Part shown: positions 51,069 to 64,000 of the stretch, in pieces
Layout of the letters: every line of letters begins with the position of its first letter
How positions within the stretch are numbered: position 1 is the stretch's first letter
The notes under the pieces: generated by a model
The model's input: only the letters and a program-made list of their open reading frames with translations
Databases searched by the model: none
Told to the model about the DNA's origin: nothing
Program-made: the position numbers and the translations under genes
Assembly (NCBI RefSeq): GCF_009914755.1
Contig: NC_060929.1
DNA: 64,000 nucleotides
Strand: one strand, 5' to 3'
DNA from: the human T2T-CHM13v2.0 reference genome, Homo sapiens

Positions 51069-54000
51069 GGCAGCAGATGGTGGATAGGAGACAGGGCCGC
51101 CAAGCAGCTCCCACTTGGACTGACAGAACAGCATGTGGAGACACACCACTCCTACAGGAACCACTGCAGATATGTACCAGGAAAACCAAATGAAAGAAGA
51201 ATCCTTTGAAAGAAGTGGCAGGCCACTTCAAATTCTGTGAAACAGGTGAAAAACTCTGATCACAAAAGACATAAACCCTTGAGAGCTTTATGACCCTGCC
51301 TATTGCCTGTGAAACCCAAATACTTATCCTGGCCAACTTAAGGCAAGCTTATATTCACCTTCTATTATGGAGGCTGGTGCTGTCTTGAAAGCACCACCTC
51401 CTGGCTTGAGGCCAACCAATTCAGGACATTACAGCTACTCACGACAGAACAACCCAGCTCCAAGGAAGGCGAAAACAACAGCTAATTCCACTGTCTGCAA
51501 CATCCTGGCTAACCAGTGGTCTTGAATCTGTTGACATGACAATTTCACTTTCAGCATTCGAGAAAACCAGCACACGAAATATATCTACAACTAAGGAATC
51601 TCAGAGAGTCTACTTCCCTCCCCTGCCACCTCCTCCAGAGCAGGTACTGGTCTCCATGGCTGGGAGACCTGAAGATGGATAACACCACAGAACTCTTCAC
51701 AGACATTCCCCAGCACCAGCTCAGAGCTTGGTAGCCCCACTGAGTGACTAGACACAGAAGAGCAATAACAATCACTGCAGTCTGGCTCACAGGAAGCCCC
51801 ATCCCTAGGGGAAGAGGGAGTGCACCACATCAAGGGATCACCCTATGGGACAAAAGAATCTGAACAACAGAGCTTGAGTTCCAGATTTTTCCACTAAAAT
51901 AGTCTATCCAAATGAGAAGAAATCAGAAAAGCAATTCTGGTAATATGACAAAACAAGGTTCTATAACACCCCCAGAAGACATTAGCTCTCTAGCAATGGA
52001 TCCAAACCAAGAAGAAACCTCTGAATTGCCAGAAAAGAAATTCAGAAGGTTGATTATTAAGCTACTCAAAGAAATACAAGAGAAAAGTGAAAAACAACTT
52101 GAAGAAATTTAAAAAAATAATACAGGATATGAATGAAAATGCTCCACAGAAATAGATTTCACAAAGAAAAGACAATCACAATTTCTGGAAATGAAAGACA
52201 CACTTGCAGAAGAACAAAATGCACAAGAAAGGCTCAGTAATAGAATCAAACAAGTAGAATAAAGAAATTCAGAGACTGAAGACAAGCTTTTCTAATTAAC
52301 ACAATCAGACAAAGACAAAAAAAAATTGTAAAAACTGAACAAAGCCTCCAAGAAATTTGAGATTATGTTAAATGCCTAAACCTAAGAAAAATTGGTGTTC
52401 CTGAGGAGGAAGAGAAATCTACAAGTTTGGAAAACATATTTGAGGGAATAATCTAGGAAAACATCCCCAGCCTCACTAGAGATCTAAATATCCAGATACA
52501 AGAAGCTCAGAGAACACCTGGGAAATACATCTCAAAAAAAAAAAAATCATCACCCAGGCACACAGTAATCATGTTATCTAAAGTCAAAACAAAGGAAAGG
52601 ATCTTAAGAGCTGTAAGGCAAAAGCATTGATAACCTATAAAGGAAAACCTATCAGATTAACGGATTTCTCAGCAGAAACCCTATAAGCCAGAAGGGATTG
52701 GGGTCCTATCTTTAACCTCCTCAAACAAAATAATTGTCAGCCAAGAATTTTGTATCCAGAAAATTAAGCTTCATATATGGAGAGAAAAAATCTTTTTCAG
52801 ACAAACAAATGCTGAGATAATTGCCACTTCCAAGTCAGCACTACAAGAAATGATAAAAGAAGTTCAAAATATTGAAACAAAACCTTGAAATATGACAAAA
52901 TAGAACCTTCTTGAAGCATAACTCTCACAGGGCCTATAAAAGGTATTCAGTAAACAAGTAGCATGATGAATAAAATAGTACCTCATATCTCAATACTAAC
53001 ATTGAATGTAAATGGCCTAAATGGTCCACTTAAAAGATACAGAATGGCAGAACGAATAAGAATTGACTAAGCAAGTACTTGCTGTCTTCAAGAGACTCAC
53101 CTAACACATAAGGACTCACATGAACTCAAGGTAAAGGGGTGAGAAAAGATATTCCATACAAATAAACACCAAAAGCAAGCAGGAGTAGCTATTCTTATAC
53201 CAGACAAAATGAACTTTAAAACAACATCAGATGAAAAAGACAAAGAGGGATATTATATAATGATAAAACGATCAGTCCAATAGGAAAAATATCACAATCC
53301 TAAATATATGTGTACCTAATGCGGGAGCTCCCAAATTTATAAAACTACTACTAGACATAAAAAATGAGATAGATGGCAACACAATAATAGTGGGGGACTT
53401 TAATACTCCATTGACAGCACTAGACAGGTCATCAAGACAGAAAGTCTAAAAAGAAACAACAAATTTAAACTATACCCTAGAACAAATGGACTTAATGTAA
53501 ATTTTCATAACATTCTACCCAACAACTGCAGAATATACATTCTTTTCATCAGCACATGGAACATTCTCCAAAACAGACCATCTGATAGGCCACAAAACAA
53601 GTCTCAATAAATTTAAGAAAACTGAAGTTATATCAAACACCCTCTGAGACCACAGTGGAATAAAATTGAAAATTAACTCCAAAAGGAACACTACATTCAA
53701 AACTATACAAATACATATAAATTAAATAATCTGTTCCTGAATGACCATTGGGTCAACAATGAAATCAAGAAGGGAAATTAAAAATTCTTTGAACTGAACA
53801 ACAATATTGATACAACTTATCAAAACCTCTGGGATACAGCAAAAACAGTACCAACAAGAAAGTTTATGGTATTAAATGCCTACATCAAAAAGTCTGAAAG
53901 AGAGCACAAATAGACAATCTAAGGTCACATCTCAAGGAACTAGAGAAGTAAGAACAAACTAAACCTAAACCCAACAGAAGAAAAGAAATAACAAAGATCG

Positions 54001-56946
54001 GAGCAAAACTAAATTAAATTGAACCAAAAATACCTACAAAAGATAAATGAAACAAAAAGCTGTTTCTTTGAAGAGATAAAAAAAAATTGATAGACAGTTG
54101 GTGAGATTAACCAAGAAAACAATAGAGAAGATCCAAACAAGCTCACTTAGAAACAAAATGGCAGAGATACCACAGAAAGACAAAAGATCATTCAAGGCTA
54201 CTATGAATGATCCATTACACACACATACATACTAGAAAATCTAGAGGGGATGAATAAATTTCTGGAAATACACAACCCTCCTAGATTAAATCAGGAGAAA
54301 ATAGACACTCTGAACACATCAATAACAAGTAGCAAGACTGAAACAGTAATAAAATTATTGCCAGAAAAACGTCCAGGACCAGATGGATACACAGCCAAAT
54401 TCTATCAGGTATTCTAAGAAGAATTGGTACCAATCTTACTAAATCCTCCCTAAATCATTATATGAAGCCAATAGCATCCTAATACCAAAACCAGGGAAGG
54501 ACATAACAAAAAGAGAAAACTACAGACCAATATCCCTGATGACCATAGATGCAAAAATTCTCAACAAAATACTAGCTAACTGAATCCACAATATATCAAA
54601 AAGATAATGCACCATAATCAACTGGTTTATCATACCAAGGATGCAAGAATGGTTTAACATATGCAAGTTAACAGATGTGACACATTACATAGAGAATTAA
54701 CAATGAAAATCAGATGATTATCTCAATAGACACAGAAAAAGCATTTGACAAAATCCAGCATCTCTTTATGATTAAAATTATCAACAAAATCAGCATAGAA
54801 GGGACATACCTCAAGGTAAGAAAAGCCATTTATGACAAACCCACAGCCAACATTGTGCTGAATGAGGAAAAGTTGAAAGCATTCCCTCTGAGTACTGGAA
54901 CACAACAAGGATGCCCACTTTCATCACTTCTATTCAACATAGTACTGGAAGTCCTAGCCAGAGCAATAAGACAACAGAAAGAAATAAAGAGCATCCAAAC
55001 TGGTAAAGAGGAAGTCAAACTGTCGCTGTTTGCCAATGATGTGATCATATACCTAGAAAACCCTAAAGCCTCATCCAAAAAGCTTCTGGATCTGATAAAT
55101 GATCAGGATACAAAATCAATGTACAAAAATGAGTAGCACTGCTATACACCAACAACAATCAAGCAGAGGATCAAATCAAAAACGTAACCCCTTTTACCAC
55201 AGCCACAAAAAACAAAAACAAAACAAAACAAAAACTTAGCAATATACCTAACCAAAGAGGTGAAAGATCTCTAACAAGGAAAACTACAAAATACTGCTGA
55301 AAGAAATCATAGACAACAAATACAAATAAATGGAATGCTCATGAATGGGTAGAATCAATACTGTGAAAATGACCATACTGCCAAAAGCAACCTATAGATT
55401 CAATGCAATTCCCATCAAAATACCACAATGTATTCTTCACAGAACAAGACCAAACAATCCTAAAATTCATATAGAACCAAAAAAGAGCTCACATAGCTAA
55501 AGTAAGACTAAGCAAAAAAAAAAAAAAAAAAAAATTGGAGGCATAGCATTGCCCAATTTCAAACTGTAATACAAAGCTATAGTTACCAAAACAGCATGGT
55601 ACTGGTATAAAAATAGGCAGATAGACCAATGGAACAGAATACAGAACCCAGAAATGAAGCCAAATATTTACAGCCAACTGATCTTGAACAAAGCAAACAA
55701 AAACAAAATGGGAAAAGAACACGCTACTCAACAAATAGTGGTAGGATAATTGGCAAGTCACATGCAGAAGAATGAAGCTGAATCCTCATCTCTCACCTTA
55801 TATATAAAATCAACTCAAGACTGATGAAAGACTTAAATCTATGACCTGAAACCTTACAAATTATAAAAGATAACATCAGAAAAATTTTCCTTGAGTTTGC
55901 TTAGGCAAATACTTCATGACCAAGAACCCAAAAGTAAATACAACAAATACAAAGATAAATAGATGGGACTTAATTAAATGAAAATGCCTCTGCACAGCAA
56001 AAGAAATAGCAGAGTAAAAAGACAACACAAGAGTGGGAGAAAATCTTTGCAAACTATGCATCTGACTAAGGACTAATATCCAAAATCTACAAAGAATTCA
56101 AATGAATCAGCAAGAAAAAAAAAAAAAGCAATCCCGTCAAAAAATAGGCAAAGGACATGAATAGATAATTCTCAAAAGAAGATATACAAATGGCCAACAA
56201 ACGTATGAAAAAAATGCTCAAAATCACTAATTATCAGGGAAATGCAAATCAAAACCACAATGAGATACCACCTTACTCCTACAGGAATGGCCATAATTTT
56301 AAAAATCAAAAAATGATAGATGTTGGTGAGGATGTAGTGAAAAGGGAACACTTTTACACTGTTGGTGGGAATGTAAACTTGTACAACCACTATGGAAAAC
56401 AGTATGGAGATACCTTAAAGTACAAAAAGTAGAACTACTGTTTGATCCAGCAATCCCTCTATGGGTATCTATTCAGAGAAAAAAAAGTCATTATATGAAA
56501 AAGACACTTGCACATTGATGTTTATAGCAGCACAATTCACAACTGCGAAAAAATGGGGCCAACTTAAATGCCCATCAACCAATGAGTTGATAAAGAAAAT
56601 GAAATGCTACTCAGCCTTAAAAAGGAATGAAATTATGGCATTCACAGCAACCTGGATGGAGTTGGAGACCATTATTCTAAGTGAAGAAACTCAGGAATGG
56701 AAAACCAAACATCATATGTTCTCACTTATAAGCATGAGGATGCAAAAGTGTAAGAATGACACAGTGGACTTTGGGGACTTGGGAAAAAGACTGGGAAGGG
56801 GGTGAGGGATAAAACACTATAGAATGGGTGCAGGGTACACTGCTTGGGTGATGGATGCACCAAAATCTCAGAAATCATCACTAAAGAACTTTCCCATACA
56901 ACCAAACACTGCCTGTTTTCCCAACCTATTGATATTTTTGTTAAAA
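51069..56946 (+). mobile_element. Near full-length L1PB (PB1/PB2-like), inactive
   Basis: 5' gcagctcccacttggac..acagaacagcatgtggagac; ORF1 start MRRNQKSNSGNM at 51912; degraded ORF2; L1PB 3'UTR gaggatgcaaa...gcaccaaaatctcagaaatca; degenerate TSD caagaagatata / caagagaataca. Confidence 0.9.
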
Positions 56947-56993
56947 CAAGAGAATACAGAAATTGTAAGTATATATGTACCGAACATTGGAGC

Positions 56994-57096
56994 ACCTTAT
57001 ATATAAAGCATACGTTATATATAATGTACCTAAATATATAAAGCATACATTAAAATATCTAATACCTAAATATATAAAGCATACATTAAAATATCT
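56994..57096 (+). repeat. 3 copies of a ~35 bp tandem unit
   Basis: acct[t/a]a[t/a]atatataaagcatac-type unit starting at 56994, 57028, 57064. Confidence 0.9.
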
Positions 57097-58587
57097 GAAG
57101 AGAGACCTGGATGGCAACACATTAATAGGAGATTATTTCAATATTCCATTTTCAACACGAGATATTCAGACAGAAAAGCAAGGAGGAAACATTGGACTTG
57201 AACTACACTCTAGACCAAATGGACCCAACAGATATATAAGAACATTCCACCCAACAACAATAGGATAAACTTTCTTCTCAGGGCACACAGAATATTCTTC
57301 AAGGTAGATCATATGTTAAGCCACAAAACAAGTCTTAACAAATTTAAGACAACTGAAATCATAGCAAGTGTCTTTTCTCAACACAATGGTATTAAACCAG
57401 AAATCAATAACAGGAGGAATCATGGAAAATTAATAAATACACATAAATTAAGCAATATGCTCCTGAACAACTATTGAATCAAAAAGTTAAAGGAGGAATT
57501 AAAATATATATCATGAGACAGACAAAAGCGGAAACACAGAATACCAAAACTTATGGGATACAGCAGAAGCAGTTCTAAGAGGAAAGTTTATAACAATAAA
57601 TATCTAATCAAAAAAGAATAAAGATCTCTGAAAAACAACCTAATGTTATACCTAAGGGAACTAAAACAAACAGAATGAACTAAGCTCAAAGTTAGCAAAA
57701 GGAAAAAAATAGAAAAGATCAGAGCAGAAAAAAATGAAATGGAGACTAGAAAAATTATAGGATTAACAAAGCTAAGAGTTGTTTTTTAAAAGATAAACAA
57801 AATTGACAAATCCTTAGCTAGAACAATTGAGAAAAAAGGGAAGACTCAAGTAAACTAGACATGAAGGACAGTCATTACAAATGATAACAGAAATACAAAA
57901 GATCATAAAAGACTACTATGAACAATTATACTCCAACACATTGGACAATCTAGAAGAAAGTGGATAAATGGATAACCTACCAAAACTGAATCACAAAGAA
58001 ATTGAAAATCTGAACAGACCAATAATGAGTAAAAAGATTAAACCAGTAATTTGAAGTTTTCCATCAAAGAGAAGCCCGTGGCCAAATGGCTTTATGGCTG
58101 AGTTCTACCAAACATGTAAAGAATACCTACTACCAATCTTTCTTAAATTTGTCCAAAAATTGAAGGGAAGGGAATACTTACAAAGTCATTTTATGAGACT
58201 GGAAATGCCCCGACACCAAAGCCAGACCAAGACACTACAAAAACAGAAAACTACACATCAGTATCACCGATAAACATAGATGCAAACATTTTCAACAAAA
58301 TACTAGCAATTCTGTTCAACATACTACTAGAAGTCTTAGCCAGAGAAAATAGGCAAGAGAAAGGAACAAAATGTATGTAAATAAGAAAAAAAATTGAAAT
58401 TATCTTTGTTTGCTGACAATGTGATCTCACATATAGAAAACCCTAAAGATTTCACCAGTAAACATTTATAGCTGAAGAACAAATTCAGCAAAGTTTCAGG
58501 ATACAAAATCAAATTACAAAAGTGAGTAGTCTTTCAGTACACCAACAAGGAAATTAAGAAAACAATTCTACTTATAGTATCATACAG

Positions 58588-58886
58588 GGCCGGGTGTAGT
58601 GGCTCATGCCTGTAATCCCAGCACTTTGGGAGGCCGAGGAGGGCAGATTGCAAGGTCAAGAGATTGAGACCATCCTGGCCAACATGGTGAAACCTCGTGT
58701 CTACTAAAAATACAAAAATTAGCTGGGCATAGTGGTGCGTGCCTGTAGTCCCAGCTACTCAGGAGGCTGAGGCAGAAGAATAGCTTGAACCCAGGAGGCG
58801 GGGTTGCAGTGAACCGATTTCATGCCACTGAACTCCAGCCTGGCGACAGAGCGAGACTCCATCTCAAAAAAAAAATCAAAAAAAAA
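58588..58886 (+). mobile_element. AluSc-like
   Basis: ggtcaagagattgagaccatcctggccaacatgg; TSD atcataca at 58579-58586 / 58887-58894. Confidence 0.9.
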
Positions 58887-60285
58887 ATCATACAAAATAT
58901 AAAATACTTGGGAATAAATTTAACTAAGAAAGTGAAAGATATGTCTACTGAAAAGTTATATAAAACATAAATGAAAGAAGACACAAATAAATGGAAATAC
59001 ATCTTGTGTTCATGGATTGGAAGGATTAACATTTTTTAAATGTCTATACTGTCCAAAGTGAGATACAGATTTAATGCAGTCCCTATCAAAATTTGCTTAT
59101 TCTTCATAGAAATACCAAAAGCATTACTAAACTTCATATGGAACCCCAAAAGAAGACAAATAGCCAAAGCAACCTTGAGCAAAAAGAAACTTGAGCAAAA
59201 GAACAAGCTGAAAGCATCATACTACCAGATTTCAAAATATACTATTTTGTATAGTATAACAGCATGGTACTGTCATTAAAAGCAAATATATGAACTAATG
59301 GAATAGGATAGAGAGCCCAGAAATAAACCCACACAGCTATAGTCAATTGATTTTCAGTGAAAATGCCAAGAACTCACAATGGGGAAGGACAATCTATTTA
59401 ACAAATGAGAGCTTGGAAAAGTGGATATCCACATGCCAAAGAGCGAAAATAGACACTTACCTTATCCTTTACACAAGTTTCAACTCGAAATGGATAAAAG
59501 ACTTAAATGTAAAACCCGACACTGTAAAACTAACAAAAGAAAACAGAGGAAAAGCTGCATGGCATTGGTCTGCACAGTGATTTCTTGGATATGACCTCAA
59601 AATCACAGACACTAAAAACAAAAATAGACAATGGGATTGTATCAAACTACAAAGCTTCTGCAAAGCAAAGGAAGCAATAAATATAAACAGGCAACCTACA
59701 GGCTGAGAGAAAATACTTGTAAATTATATATTAGATAAGGGGCTAATATCCAAAATATACCAGAAACTCAAACTATTGAACAATAAAAATCAAATAACCC
59801 TATTTTAAAAATGGACAAAGAACTTGAATAGACATTTCTCAAAAAAAAAGACATACAAATGGGCAACAGATATATTTTTAAAATACTCAAATTCTGCAAT
59901 CAGAGAAATGCAAATAAAAGTAACAAGGAGATATCACATCACAACTGTTAGATTGGGTATTATCAAAAGCATGAAAGATTACAAATGTTGGCGAGGAGAA
60001 AGGGAATCCTTGTACACTGCTGTGGTATTGTAAATTAGTTCAGCCATTTTGGAAAACATTATGGAGGTTCCTAAGAAACTAAAAATAGAATTACCAAATG
60101 ATCCAGCAATCCCACTTCTATGTGTATACCTAGAGGAATTGAAGTCAGTATGTCAAAGAGATGTCTGCACTGTCATGTTTATTGCAGCATTATTCACAAT
60201 AGTTAAGATATGGAAATAACCAAGATGTTCATCAGTGGATGAATAGAATTTTTAAAACTCGAATATGTATATACAAATGGAATAA

Positions 60286-60656
<371 letters not shown>

Positions 60657-61829
60657 GAAACTAGAGGACATTATGTTAAGAGAAATACTGCAGACACAGG
60701 AAGATAAATACTGAACAATCTCACTTATATGTGGAATCTATAAAAGTAAAACTCAGAAGTAGTGAGTAGAATGGTGCTTGCCAGAGGCTGGGAGTTCGAG
60801 GTGGATAGGGAAAGAGAAGATGACATTGGTAAGTGGGTACAAAGTTTCAGTTAGGTAGGAGAAATAAGTTCTGAAATTCTATTGCATACCATGATTACTA
60901 TAGTTAATAATGATGTATTATATATTTCAAAATAGCTAAAAAGATTTTAAAGTTCTCACAAGGAAATAATAGTTGAGGTGATAGTATTATACTAATTATC
61001 CTGATTTGATCATTCCATAATGTAAACGGGTATTGAAAAGTAACATACAGCATATATATAACTGTCAATTTTTAAAAATGTAAAAAAATTAAAGTTGCTA
61101 TAAACATTCAGAAAATTAACTGACCATATTGTTGTGGTGAATTTCTTATATAGTTGGGAATGCATTTGTATACCCAGTCTGATTATCTCTGCCTTTTACA
61201 ATGTTTACACTCCTGTGATTTTGATGTATTTAGATGTTCAGACTCATGTGAATTTAATGTAATTAATATGCTTCTGTTTGAATTAACCATGTTGCTATAT
61301 GTAAGGAATATTTTTCCTACTAGTTCTTTATTTTATTCCTTTTTTACATTTTGGAAGGTCTGTGTACTTCTTTTTTATTGTATCTATACTATTTGTCTGT
61401 ACGATATATTTCCATGCTTCATCTACTAAGTGCTTGTCCTAGAGTTCATAACATGCATCATTAACTTAGCATGGTATACTTTCCGGTAATAGTATACTAA
61501 TTCCAGTATCATCTAAGAATATTTTTCTTTCCTTTGTACTATGCAGAGTCATGCAATTAGCATATGCAGATGTAAGTCAAGAACATTTTGCTCACAGAGA
61601 TTTAGAATCTCTCAAAATAGTCATTGTATCCATCAGTATAAATTAGCCTTTGTCTCAAAAAGTTAAGAAAGGGAATAAAAATATGATGAAAGGGTACATT
61701 AGTTAAGACTACATAATGACTATCACATACCTCATTTATATTGAAAATAATTATTTACATTTCTGATCAATAACTTATTTTTTAGTTTATGTATATTAAA
61801 TCTGACCAAAATATGATGGAAAATACAGG

Positions 61830-63100
61830 ATAAGTTAAATATAAACCCAGCTTCCAAATAATTTATATTCTTTTATGAGCAGGAAAATATGACTTTTAGA
61901 AGGCTATATTGTACTGTAGTATTTATAATAATGTACTCAGAGACAGGTGCAAACGCTGTGGTAATTCAAGTCAAAAAGGACAACTAGGAGATAAGTTTAG
62001 AAGGAACCATTGAGTTGCTCTTAGGGAAACCACTAATAATTTTAATTACGTAAGTGGTATGATTAGAGTTTTGTTTAAAATCTAAAACTGATAAATGCAT
62101 CAGATGACTTGGAGAGATAAATTAGGGAACTTCAGTAGTCCACAGGAGAGTCAATGAAAAGTCGAACTGAGATGGCAAAGAAAACAGGACAAAACATGTA
62201 GGTAATCAAACAACTGCTGTGGTGAGAAAAATAAGAACAAAAATGGCTGTGTGATGCTAGTATCTCAATATAAATTAAAGTAATAAGAAAGAATAAAATT
62301 TTCCTATATGGTGACAGTGGGAACTATGGAAATGATGAGTTTAAAGTGTCACTGAGGCATTCATATGAACATTGCTTAGGAGTCAGGTGAACATACAAGA
62401 CTGAATTTGGGGGAAAATCAGGATTTTCTATATAATTTTACCTAGAGATTTGTACCGGCATGCCAACTGAAGCTGTTGGATGGGTGAGATATTTAATAGA
62501 GAGAATGTAGCAAGAGAGCAAAAGTGGACCAAGACAAAATTCAGAAATAGTGACTTTAGGATACAGGAACAGAAAGAGCAGCTTAAGAAGAAAACATGTA
62601 AGAATTCGTAAAGATATGAGATGATATCTCAGGTAGTGATTTTAAGGGAATCAAAGAAAAATTGAGGTGAAAGAATGAAAGGTCACCAGCAGTAATTGAC
62701 ATTGGAAGAATGAGAATTAAGACAAATCCTTGATTTAGAGACTTTAGAGGTCATTTGTGACATATGAGAGAGAAACTTCAGTTAGACTATTTGACAAAGT
62801 CAAATTTCACAACATTAGAAAAATGAAACCATCTATAAACATAGAATGATCTTTTTAGTAAGTAAAAAATAAAACAAAAAGACTGTCAACATAGTCTGAA
62901 TATATAATTAGACAAAGAAAAAGAGATTGATAAGTGAAAAGAAGGAGAGGGTTAATTGAGAGCCAAGGTGTCCAAAGAACAGAATAGAACCAGAAGAGGG
63001 AGTTTCAGAAAGGAAGCATATCATTTATTCTGAATAGGAGGGGAGAAAATAAGGGAGAATAAAGACAAAAGACCATTAAGTGTGAAGAGAGTGAAAACTC
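61830..63100 (-). mobile_element. Highly diverged LINE-2 body
   Basis: Purine-rich L2-like motifs (gaaatgatgagtttaaag, gtggaccaagacaaaattc, agaggtcatttgtgac..gagagagaa). Confidence 0.45.
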
Positions 63101-64000
63101 AAGGAGTTCTAGTCTGTTGTTCCTTGTCTATTCTGTGAAGCAGGAATGTGAAGAGTAGGCATGAAAGAAATGACTTCAGAGTGGGAAAGAGTGGCTTTCA
63201 CAGCAGTGAGGACAGGAACCAGAAAGTGTCAAGAGGCAATGAGAACACCTGAGGTTAGACAGCATAAAAATCAAAGGAATTCCGTTGGGAGTTAAAGATT
63301 GTTTAGATATTTTCTGCATATTTGTCTACCTGTTTGAAGTTTTGCCAAATATAATGCTAATTCATGCCATGAAAATAAAGATTCTTGAAAATTCTTTATG
63401 AGAGAAATCTGGATGCCAAAGTGCTCATTTTGCTAAAATACTTTCAAAATTTGCTGTCTTATCCAAAATGTTTAAATCCCTACCTCATTCAAAGTAGACA
63501 TTTTCTTGTATTTTAAATATCATTTTCCTTCATGCAAATGAGATAATTTTGAATATAAAAATAAATTGCTACAATGAAAAAGTTGAATTTATGTAGATAG
63601 GATTTTTTGTTTGTAAGAAAATCTTAATTTCAAGAATTATACAAAATCTGTGTTCTATAAAAATCTTAAAATTTACCTTCTAGTAAAATGTATATTTTAT
63701 AAGAAATAAAAAAATATGCACTAAGCCTCCTGAAAAAATGCTTACCAGAAATAGTTAACCTGCTGAACCTGTGAATAAACATTTCTTTGGAAGCACATGG
63801 TAGTATTCACACAATTGGATTCCAAAATATGTTTTTCCAATGTTATTTAAAAACATTCAGTTTGTGTAATGAACAACAATAGTGCCAGTAATCAAAGAAA
63901 TCAGGATTGTCAACAGTGAGAAAAAATGTCTCCTAGCAACCAAGTTTCAATTACTCTTTGTTTGCTAACAAGCACTCAGATATTTCATGCTGGTAGCTTT

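Noticed and set aside
63280-63940. Possible hAT/Charlie transposase remnant
   Set aside because: Only a vague resemblance; no TIR or continuous reading frame that I can verify.

Overview
This is AT-rich, CpG-poor primate (hominoid-like) genomic DNA, identified by AluY/AluS/AluJ, L1PA/L1PB/L1M, MIR/L2, Tigger/MER and MLT/ERV LTR remnants. I recognise no host protein-coding gene or RNA gene, and every long ORF in the track is an L1 ORF2 fragment or a repeat-derived artefact. The most unusual structure is a ~3.1 kb near-pure A/T array (22.5-25.6 kb) of hairpin-forming tandem units. It is bracketed by ~130 bp unique-sequence inverted repeats about 95% identical, giving a palindromic AT-rich repeat (PATRR)-like locus, and a young L1PA2-like element has split its right arm. 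Also notable are three consecutive 5'-inverted (twin-primed) L1PA insertions within 16 kb, three ultra-short TPRT insertions with TSDs, a three-armed Alu, a 14 kb L1-in-L1 nest with a tandem-monomer 5'UTR, and a small CpG/GC-box cluster at ~20.2-20.6 kb. I see no evidence of a new enzymatic or genetic system. Subfamily names are by-eye recognition and old-repeat boundaries are approximate.
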